From NCBI GenBank assembly GCA_002633005.1, contig NMRA01000117.1, positions 62,001-126,000 of the forward strand: a stretch of DNA of 64,000 bases. The letters run 5' to 3'. The notes under the pieces are model-generated. The model had not been told where the DNA came from. It was given only the letters and a program-made list of their open reading frames with translations, and searched no databases. Source of the stretch: Phoronis australis. Taxonomy: Eukaryota > Animalia > Phoronida. Of this stretch, positions 24,455 through 37,716 are shown piece by piece (position 1 is the stretch's first letter; each line of letters starts with the position of its first letter). Both the position numbers and the translations under genes were made by a program.

Positions 24455-27100
24455 CTAATTTGGCTAACTTCAGAACATCATAACTCCGAAATGGCTCACC
24501 AGCTTCATATGAAACTTTCAGATACTATAATTTATAAACTGTTCTCCAAAATTCAGGAAGGATTACTTTTCAAAGTGACCTACTTTTGCATGAGAGGCTA
24601 TCAAAAAATAGGACTGGTTTTTTTATAAAATTTATGAAGTTGAATAAAATGAAAATGAAACAATAATTAAGAAAACTGGAATTTTAATTTTATGCCATTC
24701 ACTGGGTCATGGAAGCGAGTGTTTTCAGTAAAACTTAGCAAAAAAAGTTATAGTCTTAGCAAAACAACAGTAAGATGCCGCCTCCAAACACTGCTACAGA
24801 CTTTCAAGTTATCACTTCCCTTTTTGTTTGCCGACTTTTTAAAAATATCCTTTAAGTACTTTTTGGCTAGCCAGTCCTATAAAAACGAAACATTTAAATA
24901 AAATTCCAAACAGCACTGAGGACCTCGGAAGAATGTCCAAATCTGGCTCACTACGGAACATTACATCTCAAACAAGAGCAACGCGGAGCGTTGAAATGCG
25001 CCCACAAATGCATTGCGAATGGTGTGCTTTTAGGGTTGTTTATTTGTATCATAAAAATGGAAACTAGATGGTGCAAAAACAATCCATTCAAAAACAGAAA
25101 CATGCCATATTTCATAAAAATCTGTCAAAGAACTTCAGAGAAACAAAGGAAAACAGAATAAAATGAAACTGCCACTAGTGGGCACAGTGTCCGTTGGATC
25201 CGTCTGAAAGTGGTCGTCGTCTGTTGTTATCTTCATATTATTAAATTTAGTAAAGATCCTGCAGTGGGTTTAAGAGATACAACTATGGGCGCAAAACAAA
25301 ACTACCACTAGGAGGTGCCACAGTAATCAGTCACCATCATCAAAGGTGGTCTTCACACTGAGAACATATATGCCAATTTTCAAATGATTTGGTTGATACA
25401 GGGATGGACACCAAAAACAAGACTTGAAAACAGCAAAAGTGACCACTAGGTGGTGCAAAATATCTTGATTCCATCCCAAAACTGGCAGATAACATCATCA
25501 CACCAATAGATGTCTATGTTTAAAATTTTATGAAAATCTGTTGAGCACCTTTGAAGATACTGAGTTAAACATAAAAATCTAAAATTGACATTAGGGGGCA
25601 CAGCAGTAGTCAGATCTGTCTGAAAGTCGTCATCATCCGTAGTCAACATAACATAAATACACTTGCTAAATGAAGTAAAGATCCTGCGAACGGTTTAGGA
25701 GATACAGCCATAGGCGCAACAAAAACAAAACTGCCACTAGGAGGTGCCAGAGTAGTCGAAATCGTCGGAAAATCATCGTCAACCATCCTCTTTATAGTAA
25801 GCCCTACATGCCAATTTTCACATTCACCCTTTAAGCGATTTTCACATTCACCCTTTAAGCGGTTTGGTTGATATAAGGGTGGACGCAAAAAACAGATTCG
25901 AAAACAGTAAAAATGGTAACTAGGTGGCACAAACTACGTCGAATCCATCCGAAAACGAGAGGATAGTGGAATCTCACCAATAGGTGCCTACATATTAATT
26001 TCATGAAAATTCGTTAAGGACTTTTGAAGATACAAAGGTTAACGTAAAAAAATAAAATTGCCACTAGGGGGCACACTGGTAATCGGATCTGTCCAATAGT
26101 CGTCATCCTCCGTTGTTAACATCATATAAATACACTTAATAAATTTTGCAAAGATCCTGCGAACGGTTTAGGAGATACAGCCATAAGCGCAAAAAAACAA
26201 AGCTGCCACTTGAAGGCGCCACAGTAGTCAAAATCATCGTCAACCGTAATCATCATAGTAAGCACATACATGCCAATTTTCACAATCATCCTTTGAGCGG
26301 TTTGGTTGATAGAGGGTTGGACGCAATAAAAACAGACTCGAAAAAAGTAAAAATGGCCACTAGGTGGCGCAAACTACGTCAGATCTATCCGAAAACGGAA
26401 GAATAGCGTCATCTTGCTAATAGGTGCCTACATATCAAATTTCATGAAAATCCGTTCAGGACTTTTGAAGATACAAAGCGTAAAAAACTAAAATTGCCAC
26501 TAGGGGGCACACCGGTAGTCGAATCCGTCCGAAAGTAGGCTCATGCCGTCCCATTCATGAATGGAGCATATATGCCAAATTTCATGAACATATGTCAAAG
26601 GGTTTTGGAGATAGAGCAGCGGACGCCAGACGGACGCACCCAGACGGATGGACGGAGACGACGGCATAATGCTTCCACATATACTTGTAAATATGTGGGC
26701 ACATAAAAAGGCTGATCGGATTCACATGAAACTTTCAGATATTAAGCTTGGCACACTGATCTCCAAAACAACATTTTCAACATGTCCCGCTTTTGCACGA
26801 GGGTCTATCACAAATAGGACTTTTACAATTTTCAAGGAAAATCAGAAAAACAAAGTAACAGTGTTTTTGAGATTTCACTTAACATGTAGTTATACATCAA
26901 GCAAAATATGGCCATGTTATGGATACCAATGTTACTTTCCATTCAAATTTTACTTAGAGGATATGGCCAAGAGACCCAATTGATGCCAGATGGGTAAAAT
27001 GTCGAAAAATAAACACAAATTCCACAGGCTTGCTTGCTTCAGAAATATATACTTTTACTGAGTGTAAGTCCATAGTTTAATGGATATTTTGCATAATTCA
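24455..27100. repeat. Old repeat family A, two adjacent units; the second is split by a HINE insertion
   Basis: Unit at ~24460 reads TGGCTAACTTCAGAACATCATAACTCCGAAATGGCTCACCAGCTTCATATGAAACTTTCAGAT. The second unit is rebuilt by joining 24944-24970 to 26710 onward. Confidence 0.6.
24971..26709 (-). mobile_element. Helentron-associated non-autonomous element (HINE/DINE-1-like), copy 1, with internal tandem array
   Basis: Read on -: subTIR plus palindrome (CCACATAT..ATATGTGG, ~26675-26704), (GTCC/CCGT)-type microsatellite (~26620-26664), ~420-470-bp tandem units made of ~145-bp subunits, second subTIR ATGCGCCCACAAAT (24996-25009), 3' stem-loop CAACGC-GGA-GCGTTG (24979-24993). Inserted in an A-run. 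Confidence 0.85.
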
Positions 27101-29962
27101 TAAACCATTTCATAATAACCGAAATAACTGCAAGAAAAAAGCATCAAGCAGCCGCTAGCTACATCTCTGAGTTACTTTCCATGCATTAACAATTACTTTA
27201 TAATATGTGTTTTTAAATTGGTCAACGGAAGTAGTGCTACCAAATGACCTTGAGCAGAAAATATTGAGAATTAAAAGTCCCCGAGTAGTAGATGGAGGAA
27301 GGGAGGAGCAAGGTTCAGGATCAACAAGCAAGTAACTGCTTTGTCCGCCAATAGATGGCAGCAGATGTCAGCAGTGAACCAACTGCCCTCTGCTAAATCA
27401 GATAAGTGAAAGGAATGTGCACAGGCCTGGATGGTTTCAGTTGGCAGCCAATAACTTCAAGTATCTGTTACTTTAAACAGTTCCACACACACAAATATTA
27501 ATAGGCACTAAGTTGCTATCAGTTTATGTTATTGCAAGCATTCCAGTGTCTGACAGATGAAATATAGGAGCATGCATCATGTACCTCTGATGATAACAAT
27601 AGCACCTGAATAACAAAGTGGAGTGGGAAAGTTTGCACAGAAATGTCTGGCAATTTGGGGACAGTGTAATATTCATAAGTCCACATATGACTGTTTTACA
27701 CTTTATTGGTAAATTTTTAAATCATTACTTTGATCCCACCCTCCCTTCAGTTCATGGTGTTACCTTACATAAGAAACACTAACAAGTCATTACAAAGAAT
27801 CAAAACAAAGGGTTCCACTCCATAGCATTTTCTTGCAAACATCACTGTAACTCCCAAAATAGGAAATTATGTTGCTAGACACAGGTCAACAAACGAGCAA
27901 GTACCTAAATATTTTGAGAGAAATAGCTGGTCTGTTTCAAAAATAAATAGAATTTGAAAAAGTAGATTCTACACAGAGGTTGGAACTGTTTTCTATAACT
28001 GAAATTCGATATATTTATGGCCACCCAGTTGTTAAAAAGGTTATCAGTATTGTGCCAGAGATTGGGAAATGCTAACAGTGAATGATTACACAGAGTGCCT
28101 ACATGATATCACATCCTTGTGTTTAGATTGTCTACAGCTTTTTAATTGCTGCTGTAAGCAATAATGTTGCTAAAAGCCTTTGTTCAGCATGTTAATGTGC
28201 CTTCTACTTTACAGTACTTTTTAATCACCATTTCCTAATCACAGTATAATACCATAATATGTGAGCGTTCACACACAGAAGATTCAACAATGAGTTGCCA
28301 AAATCTGAATTTCAGCCAATATATCACTCCAACAACACAGCAAACACCATCAGAGTACCTTATCAGGTTGATTTATATAACAAGACCCAATTACTGGCCT
28401 GATATGTGATTAGCACGCAGGTAATTAGTTGACCACATACTTCCGGCTTTATCATATCAATGTTTATAGAGAGCCACAACCTGGTTGCAGTTGAGACTGT
28501 GCATCAATAAACAGACTCTATCCCAAGTGTCATTTGCTCAATATACTTCTACAGTAAAATCTCACCAATTTTGGACAAAAATAAATGCTAAAATTGATAT
28601 TTGCCAATTCTTTAACAATTTTACCATTGTTGTGAAGACCAAATTTCCCAAAACAATGACTGATGGCAGTTATTGTACACAACTTTAAAATGTTGAAGAA
28701 TTAACCATAGTACAGCAAACATCAAGAGACCTTCAAAATCTGAACATAATGATGATAGTTCATAGTAACAGTAGATTTCCATACAATAGGTAAAATTGGA
28801 ACTTGGAAGTTTGTAAATTATATTACTTATATAGTTCTCAACAGGGTACGTTCGATGGTACTTATCTCCTATGGAAAAAATAAAACATAAATTACAATTA
28901 TCCTCAAAATTGTGTCCTAACATAGTGAAAATTTACCATGGTCCATGTTTTGCTAGCCTTTCTTCAACAACTCATAATGTAAGCAGTCACAGAATCAAGT
29001 GCAAAGAAGCAATATTCCCATTTGGCCATCAACTAACTGCCATCTGAACCCATTAATTGACCATGGTTGGCCAGAGACCAATGTGCAATAATTACAAATG
29101 GACTGATTTCACACCAATTTGCCAAAGCAGCAGTATGCTCTGAAGATTGACAAAGCGTTAATCAGTGTGTTCCTTGTCAATATTGGATACTAAAAATGAT
29201 AACTATTGGCCAAGACCAATAGACATTGAGGATATAACAGAAGTTATGAAAAAAGGTATCCTTGAGAAGTTGTTAGGTTGATAAAAGCATGCGTTACAAA
29301 TGCCTGCCAAAAAGTAAAACGTGGTTGCAGGGACGTAAGTCTGTTTTTCTGGTACATGAGTTGGAGATCAGGAGAAACTTCAACAGTTTTGTGCATCTGA
29401 GATGCGCATGGGCACCATAAACTTGGGACGCCAATGAAATAGCACCACTGTTGCAGCAGCAGGAGTATGAACCCTGCTGTGATATTTTTGTTCCATGACT
29501 TGCCAACTGTTTAGACTACAATCAAAACCTTCATCTAATCACTGACTTCTGTATTTAACTACATGTGCCACATGACAAAACTGATGCATTTTATATCCAT
29601 ATTTGCCATAGAACAATGCAACTGCACAATCAAGAGGCTTAAACTGAAATGAAGGTTGCAAACCTAAGCTGGAGAGAGGCCCCTATGGATAGGTTTCATC
29701 TCACTCTGTGTAAATATATTAAGGTTTTTCATCAAAACATACTCTGATTTCTAGGAAATATGCATTGGACAACAAGAAATTTGGGACCAAACCCGAGGCC
29801 AAAATCAGCATTCTACCCGCAAAGCCCACATATTCGCCCCAAAGGAAGAACTTAATACAATATGAAAATTGCAAAAGATGTTAGTTTCGCATGGTCAGTT
29901 ACAGCTCTCAGGGGGAAACACAATTACTTTATTGATGCAACTCTGACAGGAAGCTTAGCGAG

Positions 29963-30026
29963 TCCTCCTACATAAAGTCTACCACCCATTGCCAAGAGAG
30001 CTCTCCCACATAAAGACTACCACCCA
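29963..30026. repeat. ~39-bp imperfect tandem duplication
   Basis: CTCCTACATAAAGTCTACCACCCA ... CTCCCACATAAAGACTACCACCCA. Confidence 0.7.
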
Positions 30027-33000
30027 CAAGCAATAGGAGTAATTATTGATTTCATAAACTTAGGTAAGAAATGGAGAAAGTGGCACCTTAAATGAAAAAA
30101 GAACATGAAACATGAAAAGGAATAGAACATCAATTGTTTTGTCAAATAGCTGCTATTGCCTGTGAGACTGTTACAGTCGTCAAGTTCCCAGAGAAGTTTA
30201 AGCGCAAGCTTTCACGTCACATAAAAGTTTGATTCAGGCAATCATGGACATGTAACATTAAAGTGAGATACTGTATATACATGAACATGGCCCAACTGGA
30301 TCTAGGTTTTAAATGGGTTGCTGACTCATACATGATTCAACAGAAAGGACTACCTTTGCTGAGGGGTTCCAAGGTACTCAACTCCTAAATCTCCTTACAT
30401 TCCCAAAATCCTTTTACAGAATTAGCAGTGTTTAGTTTTTTGTTAATAGTTAAAGCTTGACATTACAACTGGGCAAAAAGGAATATAAGATCCTATACAG
30501 AGTTTAAAAAATTAGCATAAAAAGTAACATGCATGAGGTGAAGGGGTATGCGGTATTGCGGCAGGATTATAAAGAGAATAAAGAAACAATGAAAGAATAC
30601 TTTAGGAATACAGACCAGTTGATGACCAAGCTTGAGTGCACAGACCACCAGTGTCTTCAATGACTAGGAGGTACAGCTGACATCCTACAACACAAATCAC
30701 CAGTGGTTGAAGAGGGAGGTCAAACACAAGTCCAGGAATGTCTGCTATGCACACACGCTGTTTAACTGATTCTGGCATCTTTTACAGCCAGGCCAAACCA
30801 AAACAAACAGTTTATCCAATGTTACAGATTGGCAGAGGATGGGGAGTGGCTGGCAGGAATGTGCACACTGAAACGAGAGGAGTAAGGAATTACCAGGCTG
30901 GCATTGAGGAGACAGCATTGTTACAACAGGAAAATGCAATACTGGCCAGATTACAGTGAACAGTTAATGTGGTCATGAAATTTCACAGAGGAGTGTTTAA
31001 TTCATGGGTGCATGCCATGGTAAAATGGCACAGATGCTATTTTGTTTGAGGTTGTATCTCAAGTTAACAAACGTCAGTGACCCACAATGACCTTGTGACC
31101 ACATACTGTACTTTAGATAGATCATGTGGGTCATTCAAATGTAGCAAGTCAAATATTTGCACTGGCGCTGAGCTATAAAGAGGAATGTGAACTAATAAAG
31201 ACCTCACATGAATGAGTGAGAAAATAATACAAACTGGCTTCCAGATAATGCGCAATGCAGCAACACCACAAAAACTATCTCAAAGAGAAAAAAAATGTTT
31301 TCTTTTCTTGTTTGAAAAAATACTAGGGCTTAAGCTAGAAAGTTGACCATGGCTAGCCTGGAACACTACTGGAATGACGAACGGCCCAGCGACAAGGCAG
31401 GGTTTGGGAGTAAATCTGCTACATGAGGGAGCCCTAAAGAGCAAACACTCCCAACACTAAGATGGGTGTAACTCTGCAAGTGACTGTGAGTGAGATGTAA
31501 GCTGATATGGTGATTAAAGCTGGAACAAAGTTTATGTGAATTTTGCATTTTGATTTTAGAGACAAACTGACAACCTTCCTTTTAAACGGAACAACAATAT
31601 GTGATAAAAATGGCCAAACCATTCAATGACCTACATATTGAAAATAATAACTGACTAGAATCAAATTTTTTTGATAAAAAGTTTAATTGAGTAGGCTGGT
31701 GGTCTTTAATTAAATGTTTCTCTAGACGTACAAACTCTGAAAGATTACACCTAACAGCTGTTTGAAGCACAAACTGCTATTTTTATAATGCAGCCAGACA
31801 CCAAGAAGTAAGTAGAAGCAGTGTAATAAATGTAGCTCTTTTAAAACTTGTAATTAGCAAGCTATCTTTGGAATTTTCGTAATAGGCAATCAGTGAATTC
31901 ATATTTTATGCCAGGGTATATGGCCACATGAAGATCAGAGGCACCATCAGATAAGAAATGTTTTCACAGCTTTGTGAAGAGAAATTTTTTATCATCACTA
32001 GAAAAATCTTAAGTATCTACCTTTTAAATTGATTTAAAAGAAGAATTTTACAAAAACTTGATAGAGAGGCCAAGAGAATTTCTCTCTACACAACTGACCT
32101 TACAAGTTATCAGATTTTGTCTTAGATTTATAAGAGATTCCATTATGAGCAAAGATACATCTGACCAAAATGTGATGCAAAGTATTAATTTTCTCACTAA
32201 ATGGACTTGCCAACAGTTTATTGAGCTGCCAATAAAATTAAGATGGTATAATTGTAACCAGTGTTTGTAACTGTTTCAGTAAGTTAATTCAGCATTTGGC
32301 AACTGGGAAAAATGTTTCAGATAGTGCATTCACTCACCAGATATGAAGTGAAATTAATTAAGTATTTTGGATCGTAAATTCAAACCGGAATAATAACTTT
32401 CTAGGGCATTATTAACCATCATTGACTAATAAGAATGAGAAGATGGCAAGTGCCCTCCAGCACTACAGGTGATAGAATCCACACACACATTTTTTGTTTG
32501 GCCTGATCTACTGTGAAGGAATGCAAATACCCTGTCCAACCCAGATTGTTGGATTCACTGGTGAAAGCTGGACAAATGAGCATGGGAAAACCCTGTTAGC
32601 TCAGACTGAGCAGGAATTTTTGACATTCCTAGATAAAGTGCTAAAGAAAGTTGTGACTTTTTGAAGAGGGAAATCTTGAGCCCAGCACTGCCTGTAATAT
32701 GTTTCAAATAGACTATATAGAAATATCCTGCTAAACTGAATAAAAGGCATACTTACAGAGCACAAAAAGGTTTCAAAAGGTAAATCATCTGACTGTTGAA
32801 AGCACTCAGTATTAAACTTCCTTGTGCTATCAAGTTTCAGTTTAATAAAACAAAAGACAAAATAATGGCACTAAGCAAATATACACTGTCCACAAAGACA
32901 CCCACATGACAAGAGCTGTCATAAGAAATGTATCCTCCAATTTGAACATTGTCAATGCAGTCAAAGTGGGGATAGTAATTATTAATTAAATATCGAAATC

Positions 33001-33654
33001 ATTAGTTTAATGTAATCATGCCTGTGACATTTACTAACTACAGGATAGTGGGCAGCTATGATCGTGGCCACGCTTCACTGATGACACCACATACGCATGA
33101 CCGACAGTCACGACACAAAAGCAGTTCACATGAAATGTGGTCACAAGTTGGACAGTTCAAAGCTCACGCCCTGCAGCATTCTTGGCAATAGTAGCATAAA
33201 GGGGAACAGTTTGATGCCCTTATTCAGTGGAGAAAACTGCTTCTCAAAATGCAAGATAGTCCAAATTACTTCTTTCTCAGCAGGGTATGACATAACGACT
33301 ACAGGGTCAAGAATTGTGACAAAGTACTAGTCAACATAATTGGCCCAGCTGGAACTCAAGTCAACCTGGTTTCCCAGCAACTTTTGACCTGGGAAATGCA
33401 AATAGCTTTGTTACTGACATTCAAGTCTTCCATTTTGGCTGGGACATCTCAGGGTTATTATGATTGTACATTAATAGCAATTTGCAAGAACTAAACCTTT
33501 TGACAAACGATTAAAAAGTAATTTATAACGCAAATTCTGATTAATTTAATCTCCTTTTATTGTAGAAATCAATGCACTCTCTTAAAGTTCAAGGAAACCG
33601 TGACTGGAAGTTTTTGGATTCCAGGATGGTTGAATGGGACAAAGAATGATGACG

Positions 33655-33856
33655 AATTTTGACGCAGAGTGGAGTACAGTCTAATTGTGGACAGTTCATA
33701 GTCTAAGTTACAACACACAATTTTGACGCAGAGTGGAGTACAGTCTAATTGTGGACAGTTCATAGTCTAAGTTACAACACACAATTTTGACGCAGAGTGG
33801 AGTACAGTCTAATTGTGGACAGTTCATAGTCTAAGTTACAACACACAACTTTTGAC
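33655..33856. repeat. 64-bp minisatellite, 3 identical copies
   Basis: Unit AATTTTGACGCAGAGTGGAGTACAGTCTAATTGTGGACAGTTCATAGTCTAAGTTACAACACAC. GACGC starts at 33661, 33725 and 33789. Confidence 0.95.
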
Positions 33857-34747
33857 AGTTCATTTTTGCTCTTAGTAGAGATAGCGAGGATTGGCTAACT
33901 TTGCTGAAACATAGAATCAGAATTTGGCCGTACTAATTGCCAGTTCACTATTGTCAAAATACAATGGACATATCACTTTTAAAACAAAAAATAAAGCACG
34001 TGACGCACAACAGTCATCATAACTTGGAGTTTGATCCCTGCTGTGGAACTAAAAATTCACTTAGAAATGAATTAAATAATAAAAATTAAAACTATTACAA
34101 ATCCCAAGTATTTGCAATTTATCACTTTGGTCTATGCCAAGTGTAGCGCATACTAATCAAATATCATTCCAGCAACACCACTGGTCTTTTAGTGACAATT
34201 TTGGAAATACATTTTCAAGCTGGATTTCCTAGTTTCAACCTGGAATTTTATTCCTAAATGTTTCTTATGTTGAGGGCTGGTCTTCAAAAATTAATGGCCA
34301 TAACGTGCATTTTCAAAACTGAAAGATTTAGATGATGCATAGATCTGTGTACATATGCAGTTTCTGTAGGCAATTCCACACATTATGGAGACGGTCAGTG
34401 AAAGTGGTACGACCGTATACTCTCCAGTACTATTTTGATAGTGTCTAAGATACCCAGTCCCACAAGAGTACTACAACATTGGCCTGCATTCTGTGTTTGT
34501 GGTAGCACTTCCTTCACCATTACATGGAAGACAGCCTCAGGACAATGAAGAAGCATTGCTTACTTTATCTAAAGCTATGCCTGTTTTTCCCTAATGGGTG
34601 GCCAAAGAGCTTCAAAAGATTCAAAAGGGGGACAGACAATATAAATTTGTTTGGTGTCCCCCTGTAATTCCATTCGATTGATGGTTACATCTTTTAACAT
34701 TAGAATTACAAACTTGACACAAAACACAAAAAGCAAAATACATAAAC

Positions 34748-35297
34748 CAGCACACGATTCGACAACCCGCAGGTCGCATTGGTGACCTCAGATTGTGTTT
34801 GGTGAACTGGTAAAAATCCGAGTCTCCACTGCGAGTTGCAAAGTCAGACAATAATTCCCTCTAAATTCCTTTCAAAATCCACGTTGACTTCCTAACTTTA
34901 AATTACCAACAGTTTTCCTAGATTTATTATCTTTGATTCACAATTGTTTTGTTGATTTTGTGAAATCACGCATTTGCCACCACGCTTAAATTACAACAGT
35001 GACAAGTCGGAATTGCTTGGTAAAAATCGAAATTCACGACACCAGTCCATGTTCGTTTGCCGGCGGCAGGACTTGAGTTAGACCATGAAGGTACGCCTAC
35101 ACTTAAGATTTACGGGGGAGTGGGTGGCAGTACGGTTGTTCGACCTTCTTTTATGTCAACGAACTTTTAAACAGCGGATAGGAGACAGGAAAAATCAGGA
35201 ATTAATTTGGACGGCCGAGATTTTCAGTTTAGGCAACCTCAGATTTCGTTTGGCAACCTGGGATCTGGGATTTTTGCCAGCTAAGCATCGAGTGCTG
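34748..35297. mobile_element. hAT-like MITE (CAGCAC.CGAT termini)
   Basis: Left CAGCACACGAT and right ATCGAGTGCTG match 10/11. CpG-rich interior in a CpG-poor background. Diverged relative at ~60713-61148. Confidence 0.6.
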
Positions 35298-35734
35298 TGA
35301 ACCAAGTAATGGTATTTTAAGATATGGGGGTTTATATTGCTCCATCGTGGAGAAGTTGCCAGCATGGTTCTATAGGTGTGGGCACAAGAAAGGGAGAATA
35401 CGATGTCTACCGTTGTACTTTTATAGATCATACTGAACAATTTCAGGTATCTACCTTTTACAAAAGATAAAGTACACATTATCAGCCACTAGATACTTAT
35501 ATTTCATTCAATAAGCTCACCATATCATCCCACATCACAAAATGCTGGTAAGTCTGTCAAGTTTTGGAATGGCACTACCTAAAAAGACACAAGCAAAATT
35601 TGTCACTTAGGAATTTGTAATAGGGGATGCCTGGAGAAAATTCGCAGGAAACAATAAACATTACTCCACTATTGATCCTTGGGGAAAGAACCACCGCAAG
35701 AACTATGGACAGATCAAAACATACAAGCCATCCA

Positions 35735-35796
35735 GGTGTATTACTGAAGGTACATAAAAATATGGTGGTGTATTACCGTAGGTACATAAAAATATG
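35735..35796. repeat. 32-bp tandem duplication
   Basis: GGTGTATTACTGAAGGTACATAAAAATATG followed by GGTGTATTACCGTAGGTACATAAAAATATG. Confidence 0.8.
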
Positions 35797-37194
35797 AGTG
35801 ACAGGATTGCTACTGTTTCAGGAACATGCATTCTTAATCACAAATAACTGAAGACAGCAATGGGAAGCATTGAGACCTACCAAGGTTTAAGGTAAACTTT
35901 GATTAATTTTAACAGCATCTGTAATAAGTGTGGTGGGTGGATGCCTAAGTGCTGTGCCGGTAACTATGACAAAAATTTAAAGCAACTCTCCATCACCTCA
36001 GTAAGTGTGATAAATAGGTAAAAAGAGACTGACGTAAATGTTGATGTGGACATCCTGTTATCAATCATCTCAACATTAGCTATTTATGTCACACAAATCT
36101 ACCAAGTAGTTGACACCATTACGCTTTGAAATGCTGTGAACTCTGAGCGATTAAGGTGGGAATTCATTCATGAAAAGTACAGATCTTAATGAGTAATGTT
36201 GACAACATGGTGCAGTATCATGAAATACACAGCGAGATATTAAACAAATAATGCCAAAAAACAGCCTACAGAAAGCTTTCAATGGTTCTTGACTGAAAAC
36301 ACAGTACACAGAAAATTGTCAAATTCAAGGTCGAATTTCAATCATCAATTAAACCTTTGCCATTTTAAAACATGGTGCTCCAACATTCTACCATACATCT
36401 GAAGAACAGTTTTGCCATTTGAACAAAACGTAAATACGTGGTGACATGGTTTGTTTCACCATTATGGCGTAACTTAACACCATTTTTGACAGATTCTAAA
36501 AGAAGACTTATGGCCAGTCATAAGTTTTAGCGCAAGTTTGTGGAAAAAATTTAATAAAGTGACACGTTTTGGTAAAGAAGGCCTCCAACATTAAGAAATA
36601 GTCGCTTTAACAACACTCCTGCCTAACAGGTGAGAAATTATTAATACATACCATGCTAAAGATGTATCAATCATGCTCAACTGATGACTCTGCTCTACAA
36701 CTGACTTTATAAGGACATGGATTGACCTCAGCACTAACAGCCCACACTTCAAGTAAATTAAACCCACCTTCTCACTAACGACTTGGTTCTATAAAATTAA
36801 GGTGAGTGATTGAAAATGTCAGCGTACCACAAGATCGCCATTCAGGGAAGGTGTTCAGTCCACCTGTTACAACACGGAAAACAAAGTCGCACTTTAACGA
36901 GATTGCCCCAATAATGTAAATTTACAAACAATGTGGGAAGATCAACTAGAAATGTAATAACTGCAATTTATTTGTTTTTGTATATTTTTATCAATAAACA
37001 GGGGGTATCTTCCAATTAACAAATCACCCACACAATACCATACCATTAAAACCATCAGTAAACAAAATACTCAAGGGAAACTAGAAACTTCCGTTGAACT
37101 ATTCCTGGAAATTTTCAATGCTGGTACTTGCACAATGCCGACTCACCACAACTCATAACTAAAATGATCACATTGGAAACAATCTACGGTACAT

Positions 37195-37716
37195 CAAGGG
37201 GGAATCAACATTTGGTCCGATTTCAAAACTAATTGCCTGGACCTCAAAACCAGTCGGCTGGACTACAAAACCAAATGGCCAGTGTTCTAACTTGGTGGTT
37301 GGATCTCAGAACAGGTAGGCCGATACTTTAAAACCAGATAGCAGCACACAAAAAACTGTTAGACCGGACCTTAAAGGGATTGGTCAGTGTTCAAACAAAA
37401 TGACCAAACAAAGCGGCGATTTTGAGCAAAACAAACAGGTATGAAAAAGACACACTAGATGTCACTTTAATCCTTCCAGACATTTTAAGGGAGTCTCTGA
37501 AGAAGTCCGGCCGTCGAGTTTGATCTCCAGCCAACTGGTTATAGTACAAGCCATTTTGTTTTGGATCCAGCCAACGAGTTTTTTTGGGTGAGGCCATCGT
37601 ATTTTGAAGTCCAGACAACACGTTTGATCACTGACCATTTGGTTTGCAGTCCAGCCAACTGGTTCTGAAGTTTAGGCAAGTGGTTTTCAGTCCGACCAAA
37701 TGTTGATACCTGCTTG
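37195..37716. mobile_element. MITE/foldback element with ~100-bp imperfect TIRs
   Basis: CAAGGGGGAATCAACATTTGGTCCGA...AACCAGTCGGCTGGACTACAAAACCAAATGGCCAGTG matches the reverse complement of 37620-37716 (CAAGCAGGTATCAACATTTGGTCGGA...AACCAGTTGGCTGGACTGCAAACCAAATGGTCAGTG). Confidence 0.8.

Noticed and set aside
24971-26709. Regularly spaced repeats as a CRISPR-like array, and the short ORFs inside them (also 41265-43024)
   Set aside because: Eukaryotic DNA, the 'spacers' are homologous to each other, and no cas genes are present. The structure is fully explained by a HINE tandem array, and the ORFs are incidental.
31240-31252. CCAGATAATGC partial match to the miR-277 reverse complement
   Set aside because: Only 11 nt, the seed end mismatches, and there is no evident partner arm.
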